64,000 bases of DNA from Lama glama (Eukaryota): positions 94,366,001 through 94,430,000 of the forward strand of contig CM052816.1 in NCBI GenBank assembly GCA_028534125.1, in the 5' to 3' direction. A program made the translations under genes and the position numbers. The notes below the pieces were generated by a model. The model saw nothing but the letters and a program-made list of their open reading frames with translations. It was not told the origin of the DNA and searched no databases. Position 1 is the first letter of the stretch. Each line of letters starts with the position of its first letter. Positions 62,940-64,000 of the stretch are shown piece after piece.

Positions 62940-63290
62940 TTCTGATCTTAGACAACCACTAGCTTGTCTTACCTTTTATATTCTTGTCCCTAATCTCCAT
63001 TACCCAGTTTCTGCACAGCCACCAGAGTGAGTTTTAAAGTTAAATCTGGTCTGTGACTCTCCTGCTTTCAACCCTGCATTGACTTTCAGAAGCCAAGCTC
63101 CCAGCCAGGGCTTCCAGTGTTCCAGGCTCATCAGCTTCATTTCTGTTCCAGGAACAGAGAAATCTTCTTCTAAACTCAGGATGTCAGACCTGCTGTTTGG
63201 ATTGCTTGCCTCTTTTCATGGATGATTCCTTCCCATCCTTTAGACTTCAGCTTAAATTATCCCCTGAAGGCCCAGTAAGCAGCTGCCCCA
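62940..63290 (+). mobile_element. L2 fragment
   Basis: tctgcacagccaccagagtgagttttaaagttaaatctggtctgtgactctcctgctttcaaccctgcattgactt…tcccatcctttagacttcagcttaaatt. Confidence 0.65.
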
Positions 63291-63315
63291 GTTCAGAGCT
63301 GCCCCACCACACCTG

Positions 63316-63504
63316 GGAGTGCAGAGGTGAAGAGCACAGACCTGGCCTCCAGCAGCCCAGGTTAGAATCTAAAACCACCATCTTAAGTTTTTATTATGTC
63401 AAGAGATTCCTTAAGTCTTGAAGGTGTCTTTCAGCTTCCTCATCTGAAAGATGGGGATAATGATGTCAGGGATAACTTACCTGATAAGATTGAAATTTTG
63501 AAAA
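63316..63504 (+). mobile_element. MIR SINE, cut by the LTR insertion
   Basis: agaggtgaagagcacagacctgg…gcccaggttagaatc…tcagcttcctcatctgaaagatggggataat. Confidence 0.75.
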
Positions 63505-64000
63505 TGTTGCCGGAGAGTAGGTTCTTGTCTCAGAATTCAGAGACAAGACACAGACGTCAACAAAGCAAAGTGAGGATTTATTAAGGGTGGATAGTACGCT
63601 CTCAAGGGGAGAGCGGGCAGGCTCAGGTGAGCAGCTGCGCTGAGTTTCTTTGGCAAGTTGTTCACATAGAGTGTAAAAATGAATGGGTGGGATATTCATT
63701 GGAGAGGGAGGGGTTTGGGGTCATATTCCCTGATTTCCATCCCAGCTCCACCTTCCCGAGGGAAGGAGGGAGATTTGTCCTCATTTAGTCTGGATTGAAA
63801 GTGTCATGGCATCAGTGCATGATGGGCACTTCTCATCTGAAAGGCTAATTTTATTGTGATGAGCTAAAGGTTACATTCGGACACTGGAGATTCCTGCCCT
63901 TTCCCACCTTTCTTTGTCAGCCTCTAGCACACTCGTCAGCCCAAATGTGTGATGTCTTATCAATCTGGATGTCTTATGAATCCTGCTTAGTGTGACCAAG
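63505..64000 (-). mobile_element. ERV (class I-like) LTR, truncated by the window edge
   Basis: Sharp boundary tgttgccggag (…CA end of the LTR on the minus strand). Minus-strand AATAAA (tttatt 63577-63582) and CCAAT (attgg 63698-63702) are in the expected U3-R-U5 order, and several CpGs are retained. Confidence 0.75.

Overview
This is mammalian genomic DNA, most likely from a camelid (alpaca/camel lineage), inferred from two Vic-1-type tRNA-derived SINEs. The window lies inside the delta-catenin gene CTNND2 on the + strand. The only supportable coding feature is the 137-bp internal exon 2 (25461-25597, [G][45 protein letters not shown]). It is flanked by the distal part of intron 1 and the proximal part of intron 2. 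The rest is intronic sequence rich in fossil transposable elements: L1, L2, one CR1/L3 relic, MIR, MLT1/ERVL LTRs, hAT-Charlie MITEs and a partial ERV LTR at the right edge. There are two assembly gaps. I found no convincing novel biological system. The most useful leads are modest: extra 3' splice sites just upstream of exon 2 (one near-duplicates the real acceptor), a possible recursive-splice AG|GT site, a small CpG-rich patch 4 kb upstream of exon 2, an L1-in-L1 insertion with both TSDs visible, and several local duplications. Repeat subfamily names are from recalled consensus sequences and need RepeatMasker/Dfam confirmation.
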